A DNA stretch of 42,060 nucleotides, taken from IMG/VR virus record IMGVR_UViG_3300012940_001458, positions 1 to 42,060 of that record; one strand, given 5' to 3'. This document shows, one piece after another, positions 34,819-42,060 of the stretch (within the stretch, counting starts at the first letter, position 1; the number at the start of each line of letters is the position of its first letter). The stretch comes from a virus (taxonomy: Duplodnaviria; Caudoviricetes). Position numbers and translations under genes: made by a program. The notes beneath the pieces are model-generated. The model did not search any database, had not been told where the DNA came from, and saw only the letters and a list, made by a program, of their open reading frames with translations.

Positions 34819-34863
34819 GTTCTTATTTTGTTCACATTGCGGCAGGAATGTATTCCTAGTCAA
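34819..34863 (-). promoter_or_regulatory. LexA-repressed promoter facing cI
   Basis: GTTC-TTATTTT-GTTC at 34819-34833 (alphaproteobacterial SOS box) just downstream of minus-strand TTGACT-17-GCAATG. Confidence 0.75.
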
Positions 34864-35037
34864 TAGGAAGGACACAGGAAGAGCCAGACGCATTGATGGA
34901 CGTTGTTTTGTCGCATCTGCCATGCGTTTTCTAACATAGAATTCACGTGACAGATGGCTATATATGTGGCTCTTTTGAGCCACAGGGCTGGGGGAGGACG
35001 ACGCCAAGGGGGCGGCGACCAGCTTGGAGTATGACAA

Positions 35038-35298
35038 ATGACCAATATGAAATTCGTCACTGTCGAGATTATCAAGCGCAAGAACTCAGATCTTTTCATC
35101 GGCACCAGCGAGCAGATGAAAGGGCTTTATGTCCATGGCAGGTCTGTGAAAGAACTTGAAGCCCGTATTCCTGGCGCAATCAAGGAAGTCCTTGAAGCGG
35201 AAGGGAAAGTGGGCGTTAAGGTGCTGCCTGTGGCAGACGAAGTTCCTGATGCGTTTATCTCGTCCGGTGAAACACGCAAGTTCGCGCTTGCTGCTTAA
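35038..35298 (+). CDS. HicB-like antitoxin (no DNA-binding tail)
   Basis: FIGTSEQMKGLYVHGRSVKELEARIPGAIKEVLE HicB-fold pattern; GGAG RBS. Confidence 0.65.
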   Translation: MTNMKFVTVEIIKRKNSDLFIGTSEQMKGLYVHGRSVKELEARIPGAIKEVLEAEGKVGVKVLPVADEVPDAFISSGETRKFALAA

Positions 35299-35495
35299 TG
35301 ACGATCGATGAATATCGATCCTGCATTCGGGCGCTCGGCCTTACGCCAATTAAACCCTCCTACTCTGGCGCGACGCTCCACGCAGATCGAGACGGTGAGA
35401 TACACCGCATCATTGACCCGGAAGAGCTAAGCCCAGAGGAGCGCTTGGACTTCTACAATCTGATAAAACGCCGGCTCGGATTTACCGACCACTAG
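35298..35495 (+). CDS. Divergent HicA-like toxin candidate
   Basis: 65 aa alpha-beta-beta-beta-alpha pattern, TAATG-coupled to the HicB-like gene; lacks canonical GSH. Confidence 0.45.
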   Translation: MTIDEYRSCIRALGLTPIKPSYSGATLHADRDGEIHRIIDPEELSPEERLDFYNLIKRRLGFTDH

Positions 35496-35501
35496 AACAG
35501 A

Positions 35502-35528
35502 GCCCCGCCCCACCAGGCGGGGTTTTTT
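35502..35528 (+). terminator. Intrinsic terminator
   Basis: CCCCGCC-CCACCA-GGCGGGG-TTTTTT. Confidence 0.88.
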
Positions 35529-35602
35529 GTTGCCCGCCACCCTGCCCGCATCCTTGCGCTGACGCCCCTTATAGCAGGGTGATTCCTGGTGCGTCAAAAA
35601 TT

Positions 35603-35653
35603 TTACCATCATGGATATTTTCTGCTTGCATCATTTTACCATCATGGTAAGTT
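35603..35653 (+). promoter_or_regulatory. PL promoter with two operators
   Basis: TTACCATCATGGATA 35603-35617, perfect TTACCATCATGGTAA 35636-35650; CTTGCA-17-TAAGTT. Confidence 0.85.
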
Positions 35654-35690
35654 CATCCCCATCGAACAACACCGCTACGGGATGATGGAA

Positions 35691-35978
35691 ATGGGGCTGA
35701 TCCAAAATTACCACGACGCTGATGGGCAAGCTGTTCAGCCGTACTTCGCGGCCTTCATGATCGAGTTCGGCTATTCCCGCGCCTCCGAGCCATTCGAGCG
35801 GGACGGCCACAACGGGCAATACATGGAGTGGAACGCCGCTCGCTGGGCTGAGTTCGAGCGCGCCAAGGGCTACCCGGTCGCTCACCATACCCGCAACTGG
35901 CGCAGTGCCGAATTCATCGAATGGCTTGACCACCGCTCGTTTGACTTCGCCGCCCGCAATTTCATCGAAGCCGCCTAG
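35691..35978 (+). CDS. Hypothetical protein, first gene of the PL operon
   Basis: MGLIQNYHDADG..., aromatic-rich. Confidence 0.65.
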   Translation: MGLIQNYHDADGQAVQPYFAAFMIEFGYSRASEPFERDGHNGQYMEWNAARWAEFERAKGYPVAHHTRNWRSAEFIEWLDHRSFDFAARNFIEAA

Positions 35979-36045
35979 TCCGCATTCCCACCAGCCTCTG
36001 CAACGGGGCTGGTCAGTATGCAGATCAATCCGGAGGGAGAATGAA

Positions 36046-36378
36046 ATGACCAAGGACGAACTGGACGATTTCCTTGAAGCCAACCGAGCCGAAATTACCG
36101 GCGCCATCAAGGCCAAACTGATCGAAGGGCTTCTGACCCAGCATCGATGGGAAATGTCCGAGATCGTCGCCAAGACGGTCAACGAGTTCGTCACCACCGA
36201 GGTTGTGCCGGAGATCAAGGCCTACCTCCAGAGCGAGAAGGGGCCGATCCTTGAAGCCTCAAAGGAAGCCGCCCGTCAGATTGGCGATCTGATCACCAAG
36301 CAGATGGTGACGAACGCCGCAAAGAACCTGCAGGGCTACAACTTCCGCAGCATTCTTGAGCCGATCTTCAAGCCGTGA
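36046..36378 (+). CDS. Hypothetical protein
   Basis: GGAGGGAG RBS, MTKDELDDFLE. Confidence 0.75.
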   Translation: MTKDELDDFLEANRAEITGAIKAKLIEGLLTQHRWEMSEIVAKTVNEFVTTEVVPEIKAYLQSEKGPILEASKEAARQIGDLITKQMVTNAAKNLQGYNFRSILEPIFKP

Positions 36379-36446
36379 CCGCCTACCCGCTGGCCTCCCA
36401 AGCCAGAGGCCAGCCAGCAGACGATCACCCTAATGGGAGTGAACAC

Positions 36447-36755
36447 ATGTCCACCTATCGCTTCTGGTACACGCACAAGGACCCGATCCTCGGCACTGAA
36501 ATCCTTCACGATCTCGAATGCGAGGTTGAAGTGGATGCCGACGATCCGACCGATATTCGCGTCACCGATGTTTTGGTGAACGGCAAGTCACTTCGGATTG
36601 GCGATGCCGTTTCCAAAGCCCTCTCCTACGAGATCATGGACGCTGCCGAGCAGAATATCCGCGAGGCCGGGTATCTCTGGGACGAGATCAAGGAAGCTGA
36701 GGAATACATCGGTCGCCCCGTTGAAGGCATGATGCACTACGCGAGGGCGTTATGA
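36447..36755 (+). CDS. Hypothetical acidic protein
   Basis: GGGAG RBS, MSTYRFWY. Confidence 0.7.
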   Translation: MSTYRFWYTHKDPILGTEILHDLECEVEVDADDPTDIRVTDVLVNGKSLRIGDAVSKALSYEIMDAAEQNIREAGYLWDEIKEAEEYIGRPVEGMMHYARAL

Positions 36756-36877
36756 CCCTCTCACGCCTCATCTACACCTTCTCTCAGTTCATCAGCTACC
36801 GGCCTGTGACCTGTGCAGTTGTGGCGACTGTTGTTGCCTTCTGGCTGTCAGGAGCGATTGATCGGGTGATGCCGTGA
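36752..36877 (+). CDS. 41-aa single-TM peptide
   Basis: MTLSRLIYTFSQFISYRPVTCAVVATVVAFWLSGAIDRVMP*; coupled at both ends. Confidence 0.55.
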   Translation: MTLSRLIYTFSQFISYRPVTCAVVATVVAFWLSGAIDRVMP

Positions 36878-37053
36878 GCAAAGGCAACGCGCTCACGATC
36901 CGCCTGACCGACGAGCAGCGCGCCCGCCTGGACGCTGCATCCACGCTCGGCCCTTACAAAATCAGCCTTACCGAGATCGTTGCGCGGGGCATTGAGCTTG
37001 CTGCGCAGGAATTGGAACGGTTGTTTCCGACCGATGAAGGTGGTCGGCCATGA
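36874..37053 (+). CDS. Ribbon-helix-helix DNA-binding protein (59 aa)
   Basis: MSKGNALTIRLTDEQRARLDAA...SLTEIVARGIE. Confidence 0.7.
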   Translation: MSKGNALTIRLTDEQRARLDAASTLGPYKISLTEIVARGIELAAQELERLFPTDEGGRP

Positions 37054-37163
37054 ACCCCACCGACGAAGCCGAACTCTCCCGCTTCCAATCTGACCGTCCT
37101 GGCTACATCGCCAAGGAACGGGAGAAGGAAGCCGACAAGAACGCGAAAGGACAGGCGAAATGA
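37050..37163 (+). CDS. 37-aa peptide
   Basis: MNPTDEAELSRFQ...; ATGA overlaps on both sides. Confidence 0.45.
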   Translation: MNPTDEAELSRFQSDRPGYIAKEREKEADKNAKGQAK

Positions 37164-37906
37164 ACGCTGTTGCTGAACGCATCGAACAGAATAGCCCGGT
37201 GGCGCCTGCGAACGAAAGCGCCGCCCTGATTTCCATCATCAGCCGAGCCGCGTCCGATCCGAATGTCGATATCGACAAGATGGAGCGGCTTTTGCAGATG
37301 CAGGAGCGCATCATGGACCGCAATGCAAAGGCTGCCTTCACCGCCGCCCTTGCCGAGATGCAGCCGGAATTGCCGATCATCACCGAGCGCGGCGAGATCA
37401 AGCACGGCGACAACAAGCCGGTGCAATCACGCTATGCGCTTTGGGAAGATATCAACGAGGCGATCCGCCCGATCCTGCATCATCATGGTTTTGCCCTGTC
37501 GTTCCGAACGGGCAGCGAGGAAGGCAAGATCGTCGTCACTGCGGTCCTGTCTCACCGTGACGGCCACAGCGAAGAAACGACCATCCATCTGCCCGCTGAC
37601 CAATCGGGCAGCAAGAACGCGGTGCAGGCGGTCGGCTCCTCCACCAGCTATGGCAAGCGCTACACCGCGCTGTCTTTGCTCAACATCACGACGCGCGGCC
37701 AAGATGATGATGGCAAAGCGGCCGGCGCCAGCGGCGATACCGTCACCGACGAGCAGCGCGACGAGTTGTTAACGCTCATCAGTGAAAGCGGCGCCGACGC
37801 CCAACTGTTCTGCCGCTTCTACAAGATCGATGCTGTTGCCGACCTACCGGCCAGCCGGTTCCAGTCAGCAAAGGCCCAGCTTCTCAAGAAGAAGGAGGCC
37901 AAGTGA
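37160..37906 (+). CDS. erf: ERF-family single-strand annealing protein
   Basis: YALWEDI, H.DGH, QAVGSSTSYGKRYT..LLNI..DDDG. Confidence 0.93.
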   Translation: MNAVAERIEQNSPVAPANESAALISIISRAASDPNVDIDKMERLLQMQERIMDRNAKAAFTAALAEMQPELPIITERGEIKHGDNKPVQSRYALWEDINEAIRPILHHHGFALSFRTGSEEGKIVVTAVLSHRDGHSEETTIHLPADQSGSKNAVQAVGSSTSYGKRYTALSLLNITTRGQDDDGKAAGASGDTVTDEQRDELLTLISESGADAQLFCRFYKIDAVADLPASRFQSAKAQLLKKKEAK

Positions 37907-38538
37907 TGGAACAGCGCAGCGATGCTTGGTTCCAAGCCAGATTAGGCCGTGTCACTGCCTCCCGCGTGGCTGATGTTATCGCCAAGACCAAGACCGGCTA
38001 TTCTACCTCGCGCGCCAATTACGCGGCGCAACTGGTGGCAGAACGGCTCACCGGCACGGTGGCGGAAAGCTACACGAACGCCGCCATGCAATGGGGCACC
38101 GACCAGGAGCCGGACGCTCGCACGGCATACGAGTTCCTACACGACGCCGCCGTGGTCGAAGTCGGCTTTGTTCCTCACCCAAGCATCGCCATGTCTGGCG
38201 CCAGCCCTGACGGCCTAGTTGGTGATGATGGACTTGTCGAGATCAAGTGCCCGATCACGGCCACCCATATCGAGACGCTGCGTGGTGCCAGCATCCCCGG
38301 CAAATACCAGACGCAGATGCTTTGGCAGATGGCCTGCACGGGCCGGGAATGGTGCGACTTCGTATCCTACGACCCGCGCCTGCCTGAAAACATGAGGCTG
38401 TTCGTCAAGCGCTTGGAGCGCGACGACGCCCGCATTGCCGAATTGGAAGCCGAGGTAATGGCCTTCCTGTCCGAAATCGACGCCACAGTTGCCGAGCTGA
38501 CCCGCATCTATGGGGCGCCGGAAACGATGGCCGCATGA
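37906..38538 (+). CDS. YqaJ / lambda exonuclease family
   Basis: W...RLG.VTAS, AMQWG..EP.AR, GASPDGL, EIKCP, QMLWQM. Confidence 0.95.
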   Translation: MEQRSDAWFQARLGRVTASRVADVIAKTKTGYSTSRANYAAQLVAERLTGTVAESYTNAAMQWGTDQEPDARTAYEFLHDAAVVEVGFVPHPSIAMSGASPDGLVGDDGLVEIKCPITATHIETLRGASIPGKYQTQMLWQMACTGREWCDFVSYDPRLPENMRLFVKRLERDDARIAELEAEVMAFLSEIDATVAELTRIYGAPETMAA

Positions 38539-38626
38539 GTTTCCCGTAAACGCTAGGGAGCCTGTTCAGAGCGGGGCCGCACCTCAACTGACGCAAGTGG
38601 CTAACAACCAGCAGGTGATAATTTCG

Positions 38627-38836
38627 ATGAACACCGTCCGCAAGAACGCTGACCTCTACACCGAGGCGGCAACCATTCTTCATCGCGCCAAGAGCGAGCG
38701 GAAAGAAGCGCTGTTGCACGAGGGCGCTGCGCTTCTCGATAGCCACGAGTTCAACGGGCTGGCCGAGCATCAGCAGCGGCGGTTGTCGGAGCTTTATGCT
38801 GAGGCGTGCTTCGCGGTATCGGGGATTATGGCATGA
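38627..38836 (+). CDS. Hypothetical protein
   Basis: AGGTG RBS, MNTVRKNADLY, ATGA coupling downstream. Confidence 0.6.
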   Translation: MNTVRKNADLYTEAATILHRAKSERKEALLHEGAALLDSHEFNGLAEHQQRRLSELYAEACFAVSGIMA

Positions 38837-39354
38837 GCGCGCCGGTTTCCTTCACCTGGGATGGCGAGGCCATGACGCCATCCAGCCAGTTCCATGCTCG
38901 CAATGCTGACAGCGAATTCGTCGTTGGTGAGCGCTATACGCTGGTCGAAGAAAAGCAGCGTTCGGACAAGACGCACAACCACGAGTTTGCCGTCATTGCC
39001 GACGCATGGGCAAATCTACCGGAGCAATACGCCGATGAAGCATGGGCGCAGTCCCCGGAGCATTTGCGCAAATACGCGCTGATCAAAGCCCGGTTCTGCG
39101 ACACACAGACCTTTGCCTGCGGCTCCTATGCCGAGGCCGAACGGTGGGCGGCGAATATCCGGCCGATGGACGAATTCTCCCTTGTCGTCGTGCGCGGCTC
39201 AACCGTCATTCGCTACACGGCGAAAAGCCAATCGCGCAAGGCGATGGACGCGGCGGAATTCCAGCGGTCTAAGCAGGCTGTTCTCGAATTCATCAGCGGG
39301 CTAATCGGCGTTGCGCCGGAAACGCTCGCCAAGGAAGCGGGGATGGCGGCATGA
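38833..39354 (+). CDS. NinB/Orf-like recombination accessory protein
   Basis: RSDKTHNHEFA.I..AW..LP and KSQS.KAM...EFQ; context. Confidence 0.6.
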   Translation: MSAPVSFTWDGEAMTPSSQFHARNADSEFVVGERYTLVEEKQRSDKTHNHEFAVIADAWANLPEQYADEAWAQSPEHLRKYALIKARFCDTQTFACGSYAEAERWAANIRPMDEFSLVVVRGSTVIRYTAKSQSRKAMDAAEFQRSKQAVLEFISGLIGVAPETLAKEAGMAA

Positions 39355-39554
39355 TCAAGCTCACCCCGAAGGAATCCACCCTCATCAACCTCATCAGCAA
39401 TATGCCGGGACAGTCCTATTGCCCCGGAGCAGATAGCCGAGCCACGCCCGAGGTCAACAGGATCATCCGTCGCCTTGAACGCAAGGGGCTGCTGGCAGTC
39501 ACCCAAACGGACGATGGCTACCGCTACAGCCTCGCAGGAGGCAGCAATGGGTAG
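39351..39554 (+). CDS. Small winged-helix protein
   Basis: LTPKE..L...IIRRLERKGLL..YRY. Confidence 0.6.
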   Translation: MIKLTPKESTLINLISNMPGQSYCPGADSRATPEVNRIIRRLERKGLLAVTQTDDGYRYSLAGGSNG

Positions 39555-39951
39555 GTCACGCCGCTACGAGTTCAGCAAGGAAGTCCGGCGCGCGGCAGTC
39601 AAGCGCGCTGCTGGCCGCTGCGAGGCCATTGGCGAGGTATACGACCTTGAGCCAGGGCAGCGCTGCAATGGCGATCTGGCGCGTGGCTTTGAGATTGACC
39701 ACTACCCCGCCCCTGCGACCGATCCCGACAGCGATACGCTTGAAAACGCCGTTGTCTGCTGCCTGACCTGCCACGCCTACAAGACACGCACCTATGACAC
39801 TCCCATGCAGGCCAAGAGCAAGCGCATCCGGGACAAGGCCAGCGGCGTCCATAGGTCGAATGCTCGTCTCGGCAACGGCAACAACCAACACACCGCAACG
39901 CGAGCCCTGACCAAAGGGGTTGGGCTGGCCTATTTCGAGGATGCGAAATGA
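39547..39951 (+). CDS. HNH endonuclease
   Basis: RCE...C, EIDH, LEN..CCLTCHAYKT. Confidence 0.85.
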   Translation: MGRSRRYEFSKEVRRAAVKRAAGRCEAIGEVYDLEPGQRCNGDLARGFEIDHYPAPATDPDSDTLENAVVCCLTCHAYKTRTYDTPMQAKSKRIRDKASGVHRSNARLGNGNNQHTATRALTKGVGLAYFEDAK

Positions 39952-40214
39952 CAGAAACGTTTTGGAACGGGGAGCCCTGCGAGGCTCGCATAGTCGAGGT
40001 TATCGTTGGCGCTTCGCCCCGGTCAACGTGGTGGTGTGCAGGGCTTGAGGGGCAGAAGCGGAAAGCCGTCGAAGTTTCATACGCTGGTCAGCCGCCGTTC
40101 TACCTCGACAACGAGGATGGGTCGGGCTGGTTCAAGGTGACCAAGGGGCGCGGCTCGCCTGCTGTTGGTCATTCCTCACTGCCGGTTAAATCGGTTGTCG
40201 AGGCCGCGTCATGA
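39948..40214 (+). CDS. Hypothetical phage protein
   Basis: ATGA coupled, 88 aa. Confidence 0.7.
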   Translation: MTETFWNGEPCEARIVEVIVGASPRSTWWCAGLEGQKRKAVEVSYAGQPPFYLDNEDGSGWFKVTKGRGSPAVGHSSLPVKSVVEAAS

Positions 40215-40323
40215 CCACTGCTGAGATAGAGAGCCTGCCGCATGGCGAGCACATACCGGCCGTCATCTCACGATCCGTCCGTCTGCATCAACGCCGCCAT
40301 CCGCAAGCTAATGGAGAGCAGCG

Positions 40324-40668
40324 ATGAGGCTTGATGAAAAGGCTTTGGAGCGGGCCAAGGAGGTCTACAACGGGCGTTCTCAGCAGACCTTCCGTAACCT
40401 TGAGGCCACCATCACAGCCTACCTCACCGCCATAGGCGAAACGCATGTGCTGGTGTCGCGTGGCGAGGGCTGGCAGGACATTGCGACCGCACCGAAAGGG
40501 CAGCAGATCATCGGCTGGGAGCCAAACTACGGCTGGCTCCTAGTTTGTCACGAGTACGGTGAATGGCGCGTAAAGGGCTCGGGGAACTTTTGGAACTCGT
40601 TGCCCGACACGGTAACGCTCACCAAGTGGCATCCTCTTCCGCTCGCCGCCGCAAAGGAAGGGGAGTAG
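40324..40668 (+). CDS. DUF551-like phage protein
   Basis: GWQDIATAPKG ... TKWHPLP. Confidence 0.7.
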   Translation: MRLDEKALERAKEVYNGRSQQTFRNLEATITAYLTAIGETHVLVSRGEGWQDIATAPKGQQIIGWEPNYGWLLVCHEYGEWRVKGSGNFWNSLPDTVTLTKWHPLPLAAAKEGE

Positions 40669-40673
40669 CGGGG

Positions 40674-40928
40674 ATGAAACCCGTCCTCCCGGCGCCAGCC
40701 AAACGCATGCTGACGAAAGAGGAGGCCGCTGACTATTGCGGCTTTCCCTCCGTCAACAAGTTCGTCTTGATGGTCAGGGTCAGCCCTGTGAACTACGGGA
40801 ATTGCGTGCGCTATGACCGCGAGCGTCTTGACGAATGGCTCGACACTCTCAGCCAATCGCCATCTTCGGATGGGGGCGACATAGTCGAGCGGCTATTCAA
40901 TGAGGACCGTGCGGTTGAAAGGTCTTAA
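40674..40928 (+). CDS. xis: Excisionase-like HTH protein
   Basis: RMLTKEEAADYCG...RYDRERLDEWLD; overlaps the integrase start. Confidence 0.8.
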   Translation: MKPVLPAPAKRMLTKEEAADYCGFPSVNKFVLMVRVSPVNYGNCVRYDRERLDEWLDTLSQSPSSDGGDIVERLFNEDRAVERS

Positions 40929-42060
40929 AGAGTACCGGGACCGGCACGGAAAGCTCAGACGCTATTACCGCCGCAAGGGAGCACCATCGGTCGCCATTTC
41001 ACCAGATCTCAAGGGCGTGGCGCTTGCGGCCGAGATCGATCGCCTCGACAGGCTCTACCAGCCGCTTTCACCGAAGGCCGGCACGCTTCGCGTTCTCGTG
41101 GACGAATACAAGGCAAAGTCCGATCACTGGAAGCATGGACTGCGGGACCGGACGCGCAAGGACTACGAGCGCGTGTTCAAGAGCCTGGAATCGGTCATGG
41201 ATGATGCCCTGATCCGATTCAAGCCGCCCGTCATCGTCGCGATGCGTGACAAGGCTGCATTGGCTCATGGTTTCAAATTCGCGAACCAGATGCTGGTCAC
41301 GCTGAAGGCAGCCTTCGCCTTCGGCGTCGAATACGGCCATGTCACCAGCAACCCGGCCGCCGATATCTCGCCCAAGCCAAGACCTGCCGATCTGCCAGAC
41401 GCCAACCGGCCATGGACGCCGAAGGAAGCCGTCGAATTGATGAAGGCTCCGATCCACATCGCGGCGCCCATTGCCATGGCTGCGTATCTCGGGCTGCGGG
41501 AGGGAGACATTCTGGCGATGCCGACCTCGGCAATCGATGAACGGCTCTTATCGCTGACGACGAGCAAGACCCGCCGAACCATTGAATTGCCGGTGTGCGA
41601 TGATCTCTGGTCGATACTGCTGCGCTTCAAAACGTGGCGCGCGGCCTATTGGGCAGAAAGGCAGAGGAAGCTCGAGCAGAAGGGCTCACGCGAAATCGCC
41701 GAGGACAACGCAACGACGATGTTCGTCAACTCTCGCGGAAAACCGTGGACCTCGGATGGCTTCCGAACGTCATGGGGGAAATGGCGCGATGAACTGGCGG
41801 AGGCGAAGAGGATCGACCCCGGCATCACCTTCCATGGTGCCCGCCACACCGTAGCGACGATCCTTGCCGAATGCGGCTATGAGGCCCACCAGGTCAAGCA
41901 CCTGCTTGGACATGGCAGCGAGACGATGACGGAGCATTACCAAAGGCGAGCGAAGCGCCGCGGAATGCTCAAGGACATGACCGAGGCGGTGCAAATGGCA
42001 TATCGTTTGGGCGGAGAAAATGTGGTTCCGATGGGGAGAATCGAGAACGGAAATGACTAA
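40900..42060 (+). CDS. int: Tyrosine integrase
   Basis: GLREGD (R), KT (K), HGARH (HxxR), LGH, HY; arm-binding N-terminus. Confidence 0.95.
   Translation: MRTVRLKGLKEYRDRHGKLRRYYRRKGAPSVAISPDLKGVALAAEIDRLDRLYQPLSPKAGTLRVLVDEYKAKSDHWKHGLRDRTRKDYERVFKSLESVMDDALIRFKPPVIVAMRDKAALAHGFKFANQMLVTLKAAFAFGVEYGHVTSNPAADISPKPRPADLPDANRPWTPKEAVELMKAPIHIAAPIAMAAYLGLREGDILAMPTSAIDERLLSLTTSKTRRTIELPVCDDLWSILLRFKTWRAAYWAERQRKLEQKGSREIAEDNATTMFVNSRGKPWTSDGFRTSWGKWRDELAEAKRIDPGITFHGARHTVATILAECGYEAHQVKHLLGHGSETMTEHYQRRAKRRGMLKDMTEAVQMAYRLGGENVVPMGRIENGND

Larger units (their letters stand above)
1..42060. mobile_element. Temperate prophage (lambdoid regulation, P22/BPP-1-like podovirus virion genes); att sites and the rest of the lysis module lie outside the window
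   Basis: Continuous int-xis, recombination, cI/cro, replication, terminase-portal-scaffold-capsid, ejection and tailspike order, with many ATGA/TAATG coupled junctions. Confidence 0.97.

Noticed and set aside
40211-40327. 38-aa coupled ORF
   Set aside because: Composition unconvincing; an alternative frame (HDPSVCINAAIRKLME) suggests a deleted remnant, too weak to call
1-42060. Genome-wide TAG recoding
   Set aside because: Other genes are intact in code 11 and several end normally in TAG; only the endolysin is interrupted
41900-42060. att site
   Set aside because: The window ends at the integrase stop and no repeat shared with the left end is visible

Overview
The window is a nearly complete lambdoid-type temperate prophage with a P22/BPP-1-like short-tail (podovirus) virion. 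An alphaproteobacterial host is inferred from a GTTC-N7-GTTC LexA box and promoter shapes. From right to left it holds: tyrosine integrase and Xis; an early operon (ERF annealase, YqaJ exonuclease, HNH, small ORFs); a HicB/HicA-like pair; and a cI/cro switch with TTACC-N5-GGTAA operators. Next come DGQHR and ParB-domain proteins, two DNA methyltransferases, an SF2 helicase, a DnaA-C-like HTH protein and replication genes with an 11-bp-phased iteron origin. These are followed by a DUF6456/GafZ-like late regulator, a ~500-bp hairpin-dense late leader, terminase, portal, scaffold, capsid, adaptors, nozzle, three ejection proteins, a tail-collar fibre and a beta-helix tailspike. The left end carries a surface-polysaccharide conversion cassette: an OafA-type acyltransferase-SGNH, a Wzy-like polymerase and an unannotated 51-aa single-TM peptide. 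The probable endolysin stops after 45 codons at the window edge. Best leads: (1) a LexA-boxed promoter aimed antisense through a CI that lacks a self-cleavage domain; (2) a D3/epsilon15-like oac-wzy-iap cassette plus an orphan tailspike C-terminus; (3) a possible GafY/GafZ-like antitermination system acting on repeated terminator-RBS units. All family calls come from motif recognition by eye; no database searches were run.
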